The notes below the pieces were generated by a model. That model saw only the letters and a list, made by a program, of their open reading frames with translations. It did not search any database and was not told the origin of the DNA. Below are positions 13,562 to 26,414 of a DNA stretch of 64,000 bases, piece by piece. The translations under genes were made by a program, and so were the position numbers. Source of the DNA: Octopus vulgaris (taxonomy: Eukaryota); assembly GCA_951406725.2 (NCBI GenBank), contig OX597818.1, forward strand, positions 124,558,001-124,622,000. The letters run 5' to 3'. Each line of letters opens with the position of its first letter. The first letter of the stretch is position 1.

Positions 13562-13609
<48 letters not shown>

Positions 13610-14809
13610 GAGAAATTATTTCTTCATTGTTGTTGTTTTTTGCTTTTTTTTTTTTTTTTTTTTACAAGTCACAGCAGACACAATAAGGGTTTTATAGTAG
13701 ACAACTGTACTGAGTCACACCATTTTGGGACCATTACTATAGGACAAGAGGTAAGCCCCTACAAAGGTAGCATTATACAGCCTAGATGAGTTACAGTTAT
13801 TACATGAATTCAGTCCACAGCCATTTTACCTTGCTCATGCTGTGAAATGCTATTGGGAAAAGCATGAACATTGTACCATGACCACCTCTACCAAATGTTA
13901 TTTTTCTGGAATGTAGAGACTATGTACCTCTTTCAAGGAAATCCAATACTTTACAGTCAATGACAGGCCTTTGTATATATGTACATATATATGTGTTTGT
14001 GTGTATATGTATGTTTGTATATGCATGTGTATGTATGTATGTATGTAACTTTATCTTGTATTTGTCTCAGTTATTAGACTGCGACCATGCTGGAGCACCA
14101 TCTTGAAGAGTTTTAGTCAAATAAATCAACCCCAACACTTTTTTTTAAAAAATCTATTCTATCAGTCTCCTTTTTCCAAACTGCTAAGTTACAAGGATGT
14201 AAATAGACCAACACTGGTTGTTAAGCAGTGGTTGGAGACAAACATAGACACATACACATAGATATAAATATATATATCTATATATACAGACACTTGATAG
14301 GCTTCTTTCAGTTTCCATCTGCCAAATTCATTCTCAAGGCTTTGGTTGGTCCAAAGCCATAGTAGAAGACACTCACCCAAGTTGCCACACAGTGGGACTG
14401 AACCCAGGACCATGTGATTGGGAAGCAAGCTTCTTACCACACAGCCACTCCTGCGCCTATGTTCTTCTTTTTGAGCAAGTGCATACGTTATCTAGAGAAA
14501 AGGCCTTTGAAAGGCCTTTCCTCACTTCAGACACAGGCATTGTTTGATTTTTAGCAGCTTTATTATGCGTTGCATATTTTAGTTTGTCTTAGCCAAAGAA
14601 GCACAAAACACACAGGAAAAAATTCCCTGGAGGAATGAGAAAATCTATAAGCATGGGTGGGAAGCTCCCTGAACACCATTGTTAACCATTCATGTGCAAA
14701 AGAGACGAGGTTTTTAACAGGATTGAAAAGCCAGCCACATCCATGCTACCCATGTTTAAGAGAAAAATTGAATAACATAGCATTGCTCAAAATTTAGTCA
14801 TAGCCACAT

Positions 14810-15296
14810 CATCATCATCATCATCATTGTTCGACCGTGGTCGAGACAATGGAATTTACCATGCTATGCCAAACTTCACGGTCCATCATAGCATTACGGA
14901 GGTCCTGTTGCTGGATGCCTGTATCCTTGGAGATTACATCAGGGTAGGAGAGTGTGCGTCCTCTGGTATTGCGAGTAGATGGCTTCCAGAGGAGAAGAGT
15001 AGAAATTGCCTCGTTTTCAGCTCTACAACAATGTCCAGCAAACTGGACTCTCCTACCCTTCACAAGAGATGACACAGGTGGTAGTTTCCCATATATTTGC
15101 ATTTTGGTTGGATGACACTTCCACGAGAGATTTTGAGCTCTCATAAGGAGGCGAGTGTAGGTTCCATCCAACTGCCTCTCAAGCTTCTTTGATAACGTCC
15201 AGGTTTCTGAGCCATATAGTAGAATTGTTCGACTGTGGCTTTGAAGATTTCAAGTTTGAAGTCTCTACTTAAATTTGATGACCAGATCTTATGCAT
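14810..15296 (-). mobile_element. 5'-truncated RTE-type LINE
   Basis: Encodes LDGTYTRLLMRAQNLSW...RRVQFAGHC...MMDREVW. (TGA)n tail and a 13-bp TSD GTCATAGCCACAT (14797-14809 and 15297-15309). Confidence 0.85.
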
Positions 15297-15336
15297 GTCA
15301 TAGCCACATTGCATGTATTCATGTTTGTATGTGTAA

Positions 15337-15367
<31 letters not shown>

Positions 15368-15373
<6 letters not shown>

Positions 15374-15600
15374 TAACAATGAGGGTCTTTGCAACAGGTT
15401 GCTAGACCACATACCTGAAGTATTAGAAATAGCAGCCAGAAGACTGTTATTTCTTTTACTACAAAAATATGTCCCACAGACAACAGTATCTGTAACTCAC
15501 TATGGCAAAAAAACAAAGAAAAATAACGAAATCAAACAGTCTCCGGTCAATTATGGACGTATACGTTTCTGGATTAAAATCAGAGATTCATTTCCTTCAT

Positions 15601-15607
<7 letters not shown>
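15368..15607 (-). mobile_element. (TA)n-embedded HHR-bearing element
   Basis: ~240-bp unique insert between two (TA)n tracts, ending in an HHR motif. Confidence 0.6.
15552..15607 (-). ncRNA. Minimal hammerhead ribozyme motif
   Basis: Minus strand reads TATG-TTGATGA-AGGA...TCCA-GAAA-CGTATACG-TC|CATA. Perfect palindromic stem III ACGTATACGT, GUC triplet, C3 changed to U. Confidence 0.65.
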
Positions 15608-15641
<34 letters not shown>

Positions 15642-16259
15642 TGTGTATACATGCATGTTTGTTGTTGGTGTTATTTAGCCCTAGGTAAATATTGATCATG
15701 CAAATCTATTTTCAAAAGCACTCCAGCCATTTCAATCCCATCCTTTATTTTCAGACATATTCATCTGAAACTAAATTATCCAAGATGCCTCTTTAAGATG
15801 ATAGGGTGTAATTGTAGGAAAATTGCGGTTGCCATTTCTAGCAGACCCAGCGACACAATAAAGTTTTCTTTATTTATTTACTGATTTTCCCTCAGCTCAC
15901 TTATATTTACTTGAATCTACTATGTTTTAGTTTATATTTATAAATTTTGCTTCTATCAACTACATGTGTGTGTGTGTGTGTGCGTATATATATATATATA
16001 TATATAGATGGATAGATAGATAGATTCTGCCAAGGTTGTCTTTGCTTTTCATCCTTCTGGGACAGGTGGTTGTCAATAAAATAAGTACCAGTGGAATGAT
16101 GGTGTCAAAGTAATTGACTACTTCAATCACACAAATTTTCAAGTTTTGTGCTTATAATGGATTAGAAATTGTTTCTTTGTTTTTTGGGGGTTTTTTTCCT
16201 ATTTGCAAGTCACTGCAGACACATCACATACATTCATACATAAATGTATGTATGCGTGC

Positions 16260-16313
<54 letters not shown>

Positions 16314-16581
16314 ATGTGTGCATATATATATATATATATATACATACACACACACATACACATATCTGGCAGAAATGTTAGCACGCCGGGCGAAATGCGT
16401 AACCGTATTTCGTCTGTCGTTACATTCCGAGTTCAAATTCCGCCGAGGTCGACTTTGCCTTTCATCCTTTCGGGTCGATAAATTAAGTACCAGTTACGCA
16501 GTGGGGTCGATGTAATCGACTTAATCCCTTTGTCTGTCCTTGTTTGTCCCCTCTGTGTTTAGCCCCTTGTGGGTAGTAAAG

Positions 16582-16694
<113 letters not shown>

Positions 16695-17337
16695 TCATCA
16701 TCATTCTTTAACATCTGTTTTCCATACTGGCATGGTTGGAAAGTTTGACCAGAGGTAGCAGACATAAGCTATTCATTTTAATGTCTAATATCTAAGTAAC
16801 ATACATACATAGGTACGCATACATACATGCATACATACATACATACATACATACATACATACAGGCATACATACATACATTCATACATACATACATACAT
16901 ACATACATACATACATACATACATACATACATACATGCAGTTGCATACGTGCATGTGTGTGTGTTTAACAACCCATCAGATAGTAACACCTCTGCTACCA
17001 CTGCAGAAAACAACTGCCAATACTACAAAGCATTACGTAATTATCCAAAATTCAGGTGAATAATGAAATTTCTTAAAGCACAATATAAAAAGATAACTAT
17101 CTGTATCTGACAGATTAAACTGGATGGTGGGATGTAGTAAGGTATCACTGTTAAACACACTGTAATTAATTAGTTTATTAATGAATTTATTTGGGTTTTT
17201 TTTTTCCTTTTATTTCCATTTGATCAACTGTTCTGGTTTATCGTATTATTAATTTATTGATGCTGTACATATATATATATATACTCGCAGACACAAACAC
17301 ACTCATGTATGCATACATTCATACATGCATATGCCCA

Positions 17338-17560
17338 AGTAAGCACATAAATGTGAAACAAGGTGGGAAGAAATAGTACTCGAATACCGGAGGTAGAGTA
17401 ATATGCTTTATTATTAAAGCTGCAAAAACGTCACAAGAATATCGCAAAAACTGCTACTCAGAGTTTAACATTCCTGTTCATCAGGCACACAACTGCTTGA
17501 TGAACAGCTACATGAAACTCTGAGTAACAGTTTTTTCTGATATTTTTGTGATGTTTTTAC
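17338..17560. mobile_element. Fold-back HHR element, family F1
   Basis: Inverted arms carry HHRs at 17451-17487 (-; TGC-CTGATGA-ACAGGAATGT-TAAAC-TCTGA-GTA-GCA) and 17493-17530 (+). Homologous to the copies at 21250, 22781 and 51256. Flanked by TA-rich repeats. Confidence 0.7.
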
Positions 17561-17593
17561 ATATATACGTATATACATACATATATATATTTT

Positions 17594-17932
17594 TTTTCCA
17601 GAGTGGTCTGTTTTTTTTTGCCGAACCTCAAAAAGTGTGACATTGACTTCACCAACTGGGAGGAAACGGCAAAAAACAGACCACTCTGGAAAACCACTAT
17701 CCATGAAGGAACGGCGAATTTCGAGTCGAAAAGGTCTGCAGAGCTGGAGGAGAAAAGACAACGATGGAAGGAGCGCCAACAACAACCACATGCGACTCTC
17801 CCTTCTGGCTCTAGATGTCCGCACTGTGACCGATCTTTTCGAGCAAGAATTGGTCTTATCAGTCACCTGTGGACTCACCAATAAATTTGCGTGAAGACCA
17901 TCATCCTCAACCTTGAGGGATTGCCATAGTAG
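17594..17932 (+). mobile_element. RTE-clade LINE 3' end
   Basis: Encodes NWEETAKNRPLWKTTIHEG...CPHCDRSFRARIGLISHLWTH*, the RTE C-terminal zinc-finger-like motif. Confidence 0.85.
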
Positions 17933-18775
17933 TATATATATATATATATATATATATCAAAAATAAGAGTGAAAAAATTGGATATTAATTTAATAACATC
18001 AATTTCACACCAAGTGGTTTAGCGCATAAAAACTGGGATACAGTAAAAATTAATACACAAATATAAGAGAGGGTCCACTACGTGGACACTCTTGCGCTAA
18101 AAATAGATCCGCAATGGTCTCAACCACCAAGAAATCATCATCATCATCATCATCCTCATCCTTTAACATCTGTTTTCCATACTGGTATGAGTTGGATGGT
18201 TTGACCAGAGCTGGCAAGCAAGAGTGCTGTACCAGGTTCCAGTCTGATTTAGTTTGGATTCTATGGTTGGATGCTCTTCTTAATGCTAACCACTTTACTA
18301 TATGTGCTGGGTGCTTTTAACATGGCATGAGCACAAGTGCTTTGACGTGGCACCAGCACAGGGCTCTAGCAGATCAATGCTCTTATCAGAAGGAGTGACA
18401 TTAACACTCCTGCTGTGGGGGACGAGTCTTCTTGAGTACAACAAAGTACCAGATATCTCTGTCCTTTGTCATCCCCTCCATAAGGTTTAATGTCCTTAAG
18501 TACTTCGTCCCATGTCCTCATGTGTGGCATGGTGGTCAGAGTGTTACAGTTATGATTGTAAGATTGTGGTTTTCAATTCCTGGACAGCGTGATACATAGT
18601 GTTTTTGAGTGAAACACTTCATTTCATATTACTCAGTCCACTCAGCTAACTAAAATGGGTAATCCTGAGTAATCAGCATCCCTCCCAGTAGGAGAATATA
18701 CGCCACACAAAATCCAGGAAACTGACCTTATAAGCCTATGGTGCAGGAAGAGAATTTCCTTTTATTTTCTTATTT

Positions 18776-18820
<45 letters not shown>

Positions 18821-19099
18821 ATCACGTGACCGACCAGACCATCAGATGTTGTTACACATCACTGGTCACAATGCGTTTGCATTGTTTTAGCCTTTGAATG
18901 ATGTCACCCCACTGGCTAAGCGAGCAGGCCAACAGAAAAAAGAGTGGTGAACGAGTACAGCAGGGATCACCACCACCCCCTGCCAGAGCCTCGTTGAGCT
19001 TTTAGGTGTTTTCACTCAATAAACACTCACAACACCCGGTCTGGGAATTGAAACCGCGAGTCTGCTGCCTGCTGCCCTAACCACTTGGCCATTGCACCT

Positions 19100-19165
<66 letters not shown>

Positions 19166-19381
19166 CATTTAATATACATAGGATTTAAATGCAAGCTATT
19201 ATAACTTTCATACCTTGTGTAGCATGCTGTGAACAATCAAGTAATCATTCAGGCTCCGACAATAGAAAAAATAGAATACTATACACACACATACTCACAC
19301 ATACATATATATACATGCAGGTAGATAGATAGCTATGTATGTGAACATTAAGCATTAACAAAATTTTGAAACATGTGTGTG

Positions 19382-19770
19382 TGCAGGAGTGGCTGTGTGG
19401 TAAGTAGCTTGCTTATCAACCACATGGTTCCGGGTTCAGTCCCACTGCATGGCACCTTGGGCAAGTGTCTTCTACTATAGCCTCGGGCCGACCAAAGCCT
19501 TGTGAGTGGATTTGGTAGACGGAAACTGAAAGAAGCCCGTCATATATATATGTATATATATATGTGTTTGTGTGTCTGTGTTTGTCCCCCCAACATCGCT
19601 TGATAACTGATGCCAGTGTGTTTACGTCCCTGTTACTTAGTAGTTCAGCAAAAGAGACCGATAGAATAAGTACTAGGCTTACAAAGAATAAGTACTGGGG
19701 TCGATTTGCTCGAATAAAAGGCGGTGCTCCAGCATGGCCGCAGTCAAATGACTGAAACAAGTAAAAGAGA
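19382..19770 (+). mobile_element. SINE family A
   Basis: Full-length match to the 5357 copy. Confidence 0.85.
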
Positions 19771-20072
19771 GAGAGATATAGTGGGGTGGATGGCTTTGTG
19801 GTTAGGGTGTTTCACTCACAATTGCAAGATCATGGTTCAATTCCTAAAGCAAAGCACTTCATTTCATGTTGCTCTGCGATCATTTCATCAACTAACATAT
19901 AGCTCATGAGGCCCCTGTACAGGTAATGTCGATTTGATGGAGGGAGGGAGCTTATGTGTACACAAACATTTGATCAGTATAAACAAATCATGCATGGTTG
20001 TTCAGCAAGAAATTGCCAAACCCTCATACGTCATCTAATGATGGGAGAGTCCATAATATATATATATAATCA

Positions 20073-20334
20073 AAATAAGCAACAAGGATATCCAAAGATA
20101 GTGCAGTACAATCGTTTCATGCTACTTCATTTAATTAAACAATGTAAGTATTACATCAGTTTTAAAATGGAATACGTATAAAAATGAAAATCGTTAATTT
20201 AATTAAAAAATTCCATATGTGGCTGAAGATTGCTCTAAATTTTAAAACTGATGTAATACTTACATTGTTTAATAAAATGAAGTAGCATGAAACGATTGTA
20301 CTGCACTATCTTTAGATATCCTTGTTGCTTATTT
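20073..20334. mobile_element. Fold-back element with HHR
   Basis: Arms 20073-20168 and 20239-20334 (~95 bp, few mismatches). Follows a (TA)n tract. Confidence 0.7.
20218..20305 (+). ncRNA. Hammerhead ribozyme motif with enlarged loop II
   Basis: TGTGG-CTGAAGA-TTGCT...(~50 nt)...AGCAT-GAAA-CGATTG-TA|CTGCA. Stem I pairs with two G-U pairs. Confidence 0.55.
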
Positions 20335-20367
20335 AAAAAAAAAAAAAAAATAATGATAATAATAATA

Positions 20368-20737
20368 ATAATGAAATTATTGTATACAGTGCTCAGGTGC
20401 ACCACAACTTGTCAGAAAGTGCATATAGAGTATATGCAGTAATGTACAAATGTCTGGAAAGCGAACAATGTATGAGTCAGATACATGCTTGTGTGTGTAT
20501 GGAGGGGAGAAAATCAGGTGTAGTGTTGGCGAATCTCAGAAAGCATGGAAGTTTTGAAGGATGCAGTGCTCCGACAACTAACAACTGATGCCGGCAGTTT
20601 GTTCCATACTTCAGCAACTCTCAGCATGAAAATATTTTTCCTATAGTCATGGGAGCTGTGCTGTTTTCTGACTTTGTAAATATGTCCACGGGTGTTAGAC
20701 GGGTGGAGTTTGAAAAGGTGCTCAGAGTTATTGTTTT
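20368..20737 (-). mobile_element. CR1 LINE 3' end (same family as 35350)
   Basis: Nucleotide identity with 35353-35722. Confidence 0.8.
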
Positions 20738-20859
20738 GATTATAATCACTCCATTTGATTTATATTGATAATACCATACTAAATTCTGGTGCCTTTAACT
20801 TAAGTACCATATTCATCTGAATCTAAATTTTTACTGAACTTATTTATATATATATATAT

Positions 20860-21178
20860 GTAAGAAGGTGAATGAATTATCCTAGTATGGATAATTCGGT
20901 TAACCGATACCTGGGTAGCAAATTCACATCAGAAAACACGGTTGAAGCTATATGCCAAGGGCAGGGATCCCGTGTTCTCGTGTGTAAATTTGTGTGTTTT
21001 TTTAACTATGAATAAATGAAAGAATGGAGTCGAACGACGATTTTAACAAAATTCCTTTACTGTCGACACATGTTTCGAAGGCTTCGGAATTAGGAATATG
21101 CAGCCTTCGAAACATGTGTTGAGAGTAAAGGAATTTTGTTAAAATCGTCGTTCGACTCCATTCTTTCATTTATTCATA
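20860..21178. mobile_element. Fold-back element with partial HHR
   Basis: Arms 21007-21083 and 21102-21178 contain CGAAACATGTGTC/T. (TA)n on both sides. A rearranged fragment of the same family lies at 21971-22045. Confidence 0.7.
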
Positions 21179-21246
<68 letters not shown>

Positions 21247-21247
21247 C

Positions 21248-21490
21248 TTTTATTGAAGCCCAAAAAATCTTCACAAACTGTTACTCAAAGCTTCACATTA
21301 CCATTCATTGGACAATTGTGATCATGCTAAAATAAATTTTTTTATTTTAGTATAATCACGACTGTCAGACAAAGAATAATGTGAAACTCTGAGTAACAAT
21401 TTGTGAAGGTCTTTTCTGCTTTAATAAAAAGCAAATCTTCTTTATTTGAGTACAATTTTTTTCCACCTTATTTTGCATTTACATGCTGAC
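21248..21490. mobile_element. Fold-back HHR element, family F1 (degenerate)
   Basis: Arms ~21250-21337 and ~21338-21430 with GTGAAACTCTGAGTAACA. Follows a (TA)n tract. Confidence 0.65.
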
Positions 21491-21933
21491 TTGTGTGTGT
21501 GTCTGTGTATGTGTGTGTGTGTGTGTGTACAGTAGGTGAATGCTGGTGAATTATGAGCAATAGAATGAAGTACAAAGCTTCAGGTTTCAAGCAGCAACCT
21601 TTTGCAAGGAAACGTTACCAACACAGTCCATACCACTACCATAACAACCACTACTACTACTACTACCACTACTGTTACTACAAGTACTGCCATCCTCGAA
21701 CTCTGCTGATTATCCTCTATAGAACTTATATTGACATGTTCTGGGACTTGTTGGATATGAGATGTAATTAATTTTGTTAAGATTAAAGCTACTTGCTGCC
21801 ATCTTTCAAGTGAGACTTCAGTATATGTGATATTTCTTTTGAGAAGTTAGGAATACATGAAATACAGTTATAATTATGCGTTTGAAAAAGAGGGAGAGGG
21901 CATTTATGTAGGTTACATATATATAAAATTTAT

Positions 21934-21972
<39 letters not shown>

Positions 21973-22046
21973 AATGAAAGAATGGAGTCGAATTTTCCAT
22001 GCTGACGCTAAACATAGGATAATTCATTCACCTACTTAAATATTCT

Positions 22047-22077
<31 letters not shown>

Positions 22078-22219
22078 TATACATATATATATATATACAT
22101 ATATATATATACATATATATGTGTGTGTGTATATATATATATGTATGTATATATATATATACACACATATATATATATACATATATATGTGTATATATAT
22201 ATATATGCATGTATGTATG

Positions 22220-22257
<38 letters not shown>

Positions 22258-22321
22258 CAACACACACACATATATATAGATATACATATATATGTATTCA
22301 TACATATACATAGATATGCAA

Positions 22322-22366
<45 letters not shown>

Positions 22367-22400
22367 CACACACATGTGTATGCATATAGATATATATATG
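22047..22400. repeat. Compound (TA)n/(CA)n microsatellite (one of many)
   Basis: Direct reading. Similar tracts at 6095-6262, 16585-16935, 31675-31895, 50830-51255 and 52935-53148, and (TAA)n tracts at 25520-26020 and 37490-38480. Confidence 0.95.
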
Positions 22401-22728
22401 AGTCTGTTTGTGTAGTTTAAAGAGAGCAGCTGGATAGTTATTTTTTGTGTGTAAAACACCAAAATGTTCTCAGTATGCATTTGTAAGAAGTCTCATAGAA
22501 TATCATGCAGGTGTGTATGTGTGTGCATTTTGTAATTGCTGTACTATGGCTTCAGAATGCTTTCCAGGTATTAGGACACAGTGATGATCTTCAGCAGATA
22601 ACCACAATAGTTGATCACTGAAGGTTTCAATGTCCACTCCAAATACCTGGACAATTGCATGAAAAGATGGTATGGATGTAATAACAGTCCCTCCTATATA
22701 TATATGTGCCTGTGTATATATATGTATG

Positions 22729-22780
<52 letters not shown>

Positions 22781-22781
<1 letters not shown>

Positions 22782-23031
22782 TTTATTTAAAAGCAGAAAA
22801 GAAATTCAACAAAACCTGTTACTCGGAGTTTCACGTTCCCATTTGTCGGACAGTTTTGTTAAAATAGAATCGGTTCTATTTTAACAAAACTGTCCGATGA
22901 ACAGGAATGTGAAACTCCGAGTAACAGGTTTTGTTGAATTTCTGCTGCTTTTAAATAAAGCATATTACTCTACCCTTGGTATTTGAGTACTCTTTTTTTC
23001 CACCTTGTTTCACATTTATGTGTTTACTCCA

Positions 23032-23032
<1 letters not shown>
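22781..23032. mobile_element. Fold-back HHR element, family F1 (best preserved)
   Basis: ~90-bp near-perfect arms centred at ~22871, plus a unique tail at 22960-23032. (TA)n on both sides. Confidence 0.8.
22890..22927 (+). ncRNA. Minimal type-I hammerhead ribozyme motif (fold-back family F1)
   Basis: CTGT-CCGATGA-ACA(GGAA)TGT-GAAA-CTCCGAG-TA|ACAG. Palindromic stem III ACTC.GAGT, GUA triplet. An inverted sister copy lies at 22816-22853 on the - strand. Confidence 0.75.
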
Positions 23033-23075
<43 letters not shown>

Positions 23076-24894
23076 CACCTGCTTGTTGTTCCTACACCTG
23101 TCTTTTTTTTCCGTAAATTTGAACTATATATACATATATATATATCGAGAGAGATAGTTTCCCTAGTGATGGCAGCTATTACATGAGAGATAATCACTTC
23201 TTGATAATATCTGGCAGGATTAAAAATTTGAATTTGGAAAAGGAATTATGAGGAATTTTTTTTTTACTCATTATGAAGTTCTTACACTTTCTCTCTGCTG
23301 GTAATCATCTACAACATTATTTCATCATACATACACACATACATACACACATGCCTGCATGCATGTATATGTATGCATGCATGTATGTATGTATACACAT
23401 ACATGTATAGATGTTTTTAAATATTCTCTTTTTAAGCCAGAACAATACAATTTATAAAAATAAAATAGGCTGATAGTTTTACCAGGTATTTCAATATTTC
23501 TGGGTTAGGACACCCCCCACCCCACCAGCCAGAGGCTCTTCCTGTTGGCAACTTGCTTTTTCAAGTAAAGGACTTTTTATTCCACAGGTCTTCAAAAAAC
23601 AATGATTCATAATTCCAAGGAATGTATACACCATTCAAGCGGTGGGATATCAACATTCACACAGGTAGAAATATGTATACATACATACATGCCTACAAGT
23701 ATATTTATATAGGTATACATAGAGAAGGTGGTGAGCTGGCCAAATCATTAACACGCCAGGTGAAATGCTTAGCGATATTTCGTCTGCCGTTACGTTCTGA
23801 GTTCAAATTCCGCCGAGGTCGACTTTGCCTGTCATCCTTTCGGGGTCGATAAATCAAGTACCAGTTACGCACTGGGGTCGATGTAATCGACTTAATCCGT
23901 TTGTTTGTCCTCTCTGTGTTTAGCCCCTTGTGGGTAGTAAAGAAATAGGTATACATATATGTGTGTGTGTATCAATAAAGAAGAATGTAGTCAGGATTTG
24001 GATAAATACTATTTCTTGAGGGCTTTCATCCCCTTCAAGGATTCATCATGAATTATGGGCTGTTGAAATTTTTTCCTTTTTGTACATGGGATAGTTGAAA
24101 AAGATCAAGAGTTAAAACAGAGTCAATGTAATCAACTGACTCCTTCTCCAGAAAACTTTCAAGCCTTGTGCCTTTAGTAGGAAAAATTTATTAGTATTAT
24201 TATTATTTGTCCATCTTTATATTCTGGGTTCAAATGACACCATGGTTGATAGAATAAATACCAGTTGAGTACAGGGGTCAATGTAATCAAACTCCCTCGA
24301 AATTTCAGGCCTTGTGCCTATAGTAGAAAGGATTCTTCTTCTTATGGTTATTATTATTATTAGTATTATTATTGTTATTGAGGATGGTGACTTGGCAGAT
24401 TCATTGGAATGACACACAGTGCCTTGCAATATTTGATTACGGCTCTACACATTGTGAATTTAAATTCTTCGGAGGTCTACTTCACCTTCAGTCTTTCCAA
24501 GGTCAATAAAATAAAGCACTGCTCAAGTACTAAAATCATTATAACCCACTATTCCTTCCTGTTCCACATCCTGCTTGGTCATCTTTCTGTCACTCAACCC
24601 TTGGATATCTCCAAACAAGACTATATAGTCTCCTGCCCTTCAAACATGCACAATACAATGATAAGGCATGTTTCCATGGAAGATTGCAAATGTATGGCAC
24701 TACTTGTATGACGCTGTTATTTCTTTGCAAGGTGATGCAAATATGCACGTGTACACTCACTAGCACATATTTATATAGAATGGGCCAAAATTCAAGCACC
24801 AAAATAGCCAATGTTTTATTTATATTAACATTGGTGAGCTGAGAGAGTCGTTAGCACACCAGATAAAAAAGGGTAAGCGGCATTTTGTCCATAA

Positions 24895-25136
24895 TCTCTA
24901 TCTGCGACAATTTCATCTCAATCGAAGGCGAGGGGCTTTCTCCGTCCGGGTTGCGGATCCGTGGAATAAGCTGCCGGACGAGATAGTGAAGATGCCGACG
25001 ACCGCTCAGTTCAAAGCCTCTCTTGACCAGAAATGGCCTGAACTCTTTGCATGAACACCCTCCCTGTACATAACTCCATGTCCCCCTACATGGCCTTGCA
25101 TTTTGCTTTTTGAGCCAAAAAATTAACTTAACTTAA
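24895..25136 (+). mobile_element. CR1 LINE 3' end inserted in a SINE
   Basis: Encodes RRRGAFSVRVADPWNKLPDEIV...FKASLD. (TTAAC)n tail and CATAAT TSD. CpG-rich, so probably young. Confidence 0.8.
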
Positions 25137-25521
25137 CATAATTATGTTCTGAGTTCAAATTCTGCTGAGGTCCATTTTGCTTTTCATCCTTTCAGGGTCA
25201 ATAAAATGAGCAGCATTTGAGAACTCAGGTCGATGATGTAATTGACTTGCCCCTTCCCCCAAAACTGCTAGCCTTGTGCCTAAATTATTATTATTAGTGA
25301 GGGCACATGGCTTAGTGGTTATGGTGTTGTACTTACAATCATGAGCTCAGAATTTCATTTCCTGGACGAGACTGTGTAGCACACCTGTTCAGGCAACAAC
25401 GATTTGATGGAGGGTGTGAGCTAGCATGCAGCACGAACATTTGATCACTATAAGCAAATCCTTTGTGCAGCTTGTTCAAGGAAAAGCTTAACGCTCATAA
25501 GTCATCTTCAATGGAAGAGCC

Positions 25522-25564
<43 letters not shown>

Positions 25565-25578
25565 TTTTATCATCATCA

Positions 25579-25630
<52 letters not shown>

Positions 25631-25865
25631 CATTATTATTATTAGTATTACTAAGGCAGGGAGCTGGCAGAATCATTAGCATGCCGAGTGAAATGCTTAT
25701 CGGTATTTCATATGTCTTTATGTTCTAGGTTTAAATTCCACCGAGGTCGACTTTCCCTTTTATTCTTTTGAGGTCAATAAATTAAGTACCAGTTGCATAC
25801 TGGGGTCAATGTAATCGACTATACCCCTCTCTCAAATTTCAGGCCTTGTGCCTATCATAGAATGG

Positions 25866-25927
<62 letters not shown>

Positions 25928-25962
25928 CATTATTATTATTGTTGTTGTTGTTGTTATTATTG

Positions 25963-26023
<61 letters not shown>

Positions 26024-26318
26024 TTTTGTTCATCATGAATTAGTACAGGTGTATTCAATTATATATATATATATGCAAAATATGTTAAGAGTTTTAATCT
26101 TGGTGCATGACTTTTGGACAACCCCATAGGCTCCGGCAGGGGGTAGTGGTGATCCCTGCTGTACTCTTTCGCCACAACTTTCTCTCACTCTTTCTTCTGT
26201 TGGCCTGCTCCGCTTAGCCAGTGGGGTGGCGTCATTTGAAGGCTAAAACATTGCAAAGCGCATTGTGACCAGCGATGTGTAGCAACATTTGATAGTCTGG
26301 TCGGTCACGGTGATCACA

Positions 26319-26371
<53 letters not shown>

Positions 26372-26383
26372 TTATAAATAAGG

Positions 26384-26414
<31 letters not shown>

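Noticed and set aside
22540-22600. Minus-strand CTGAAGA...GAAAG
   Set aside because: No stem I, and the position-17 base would be G.
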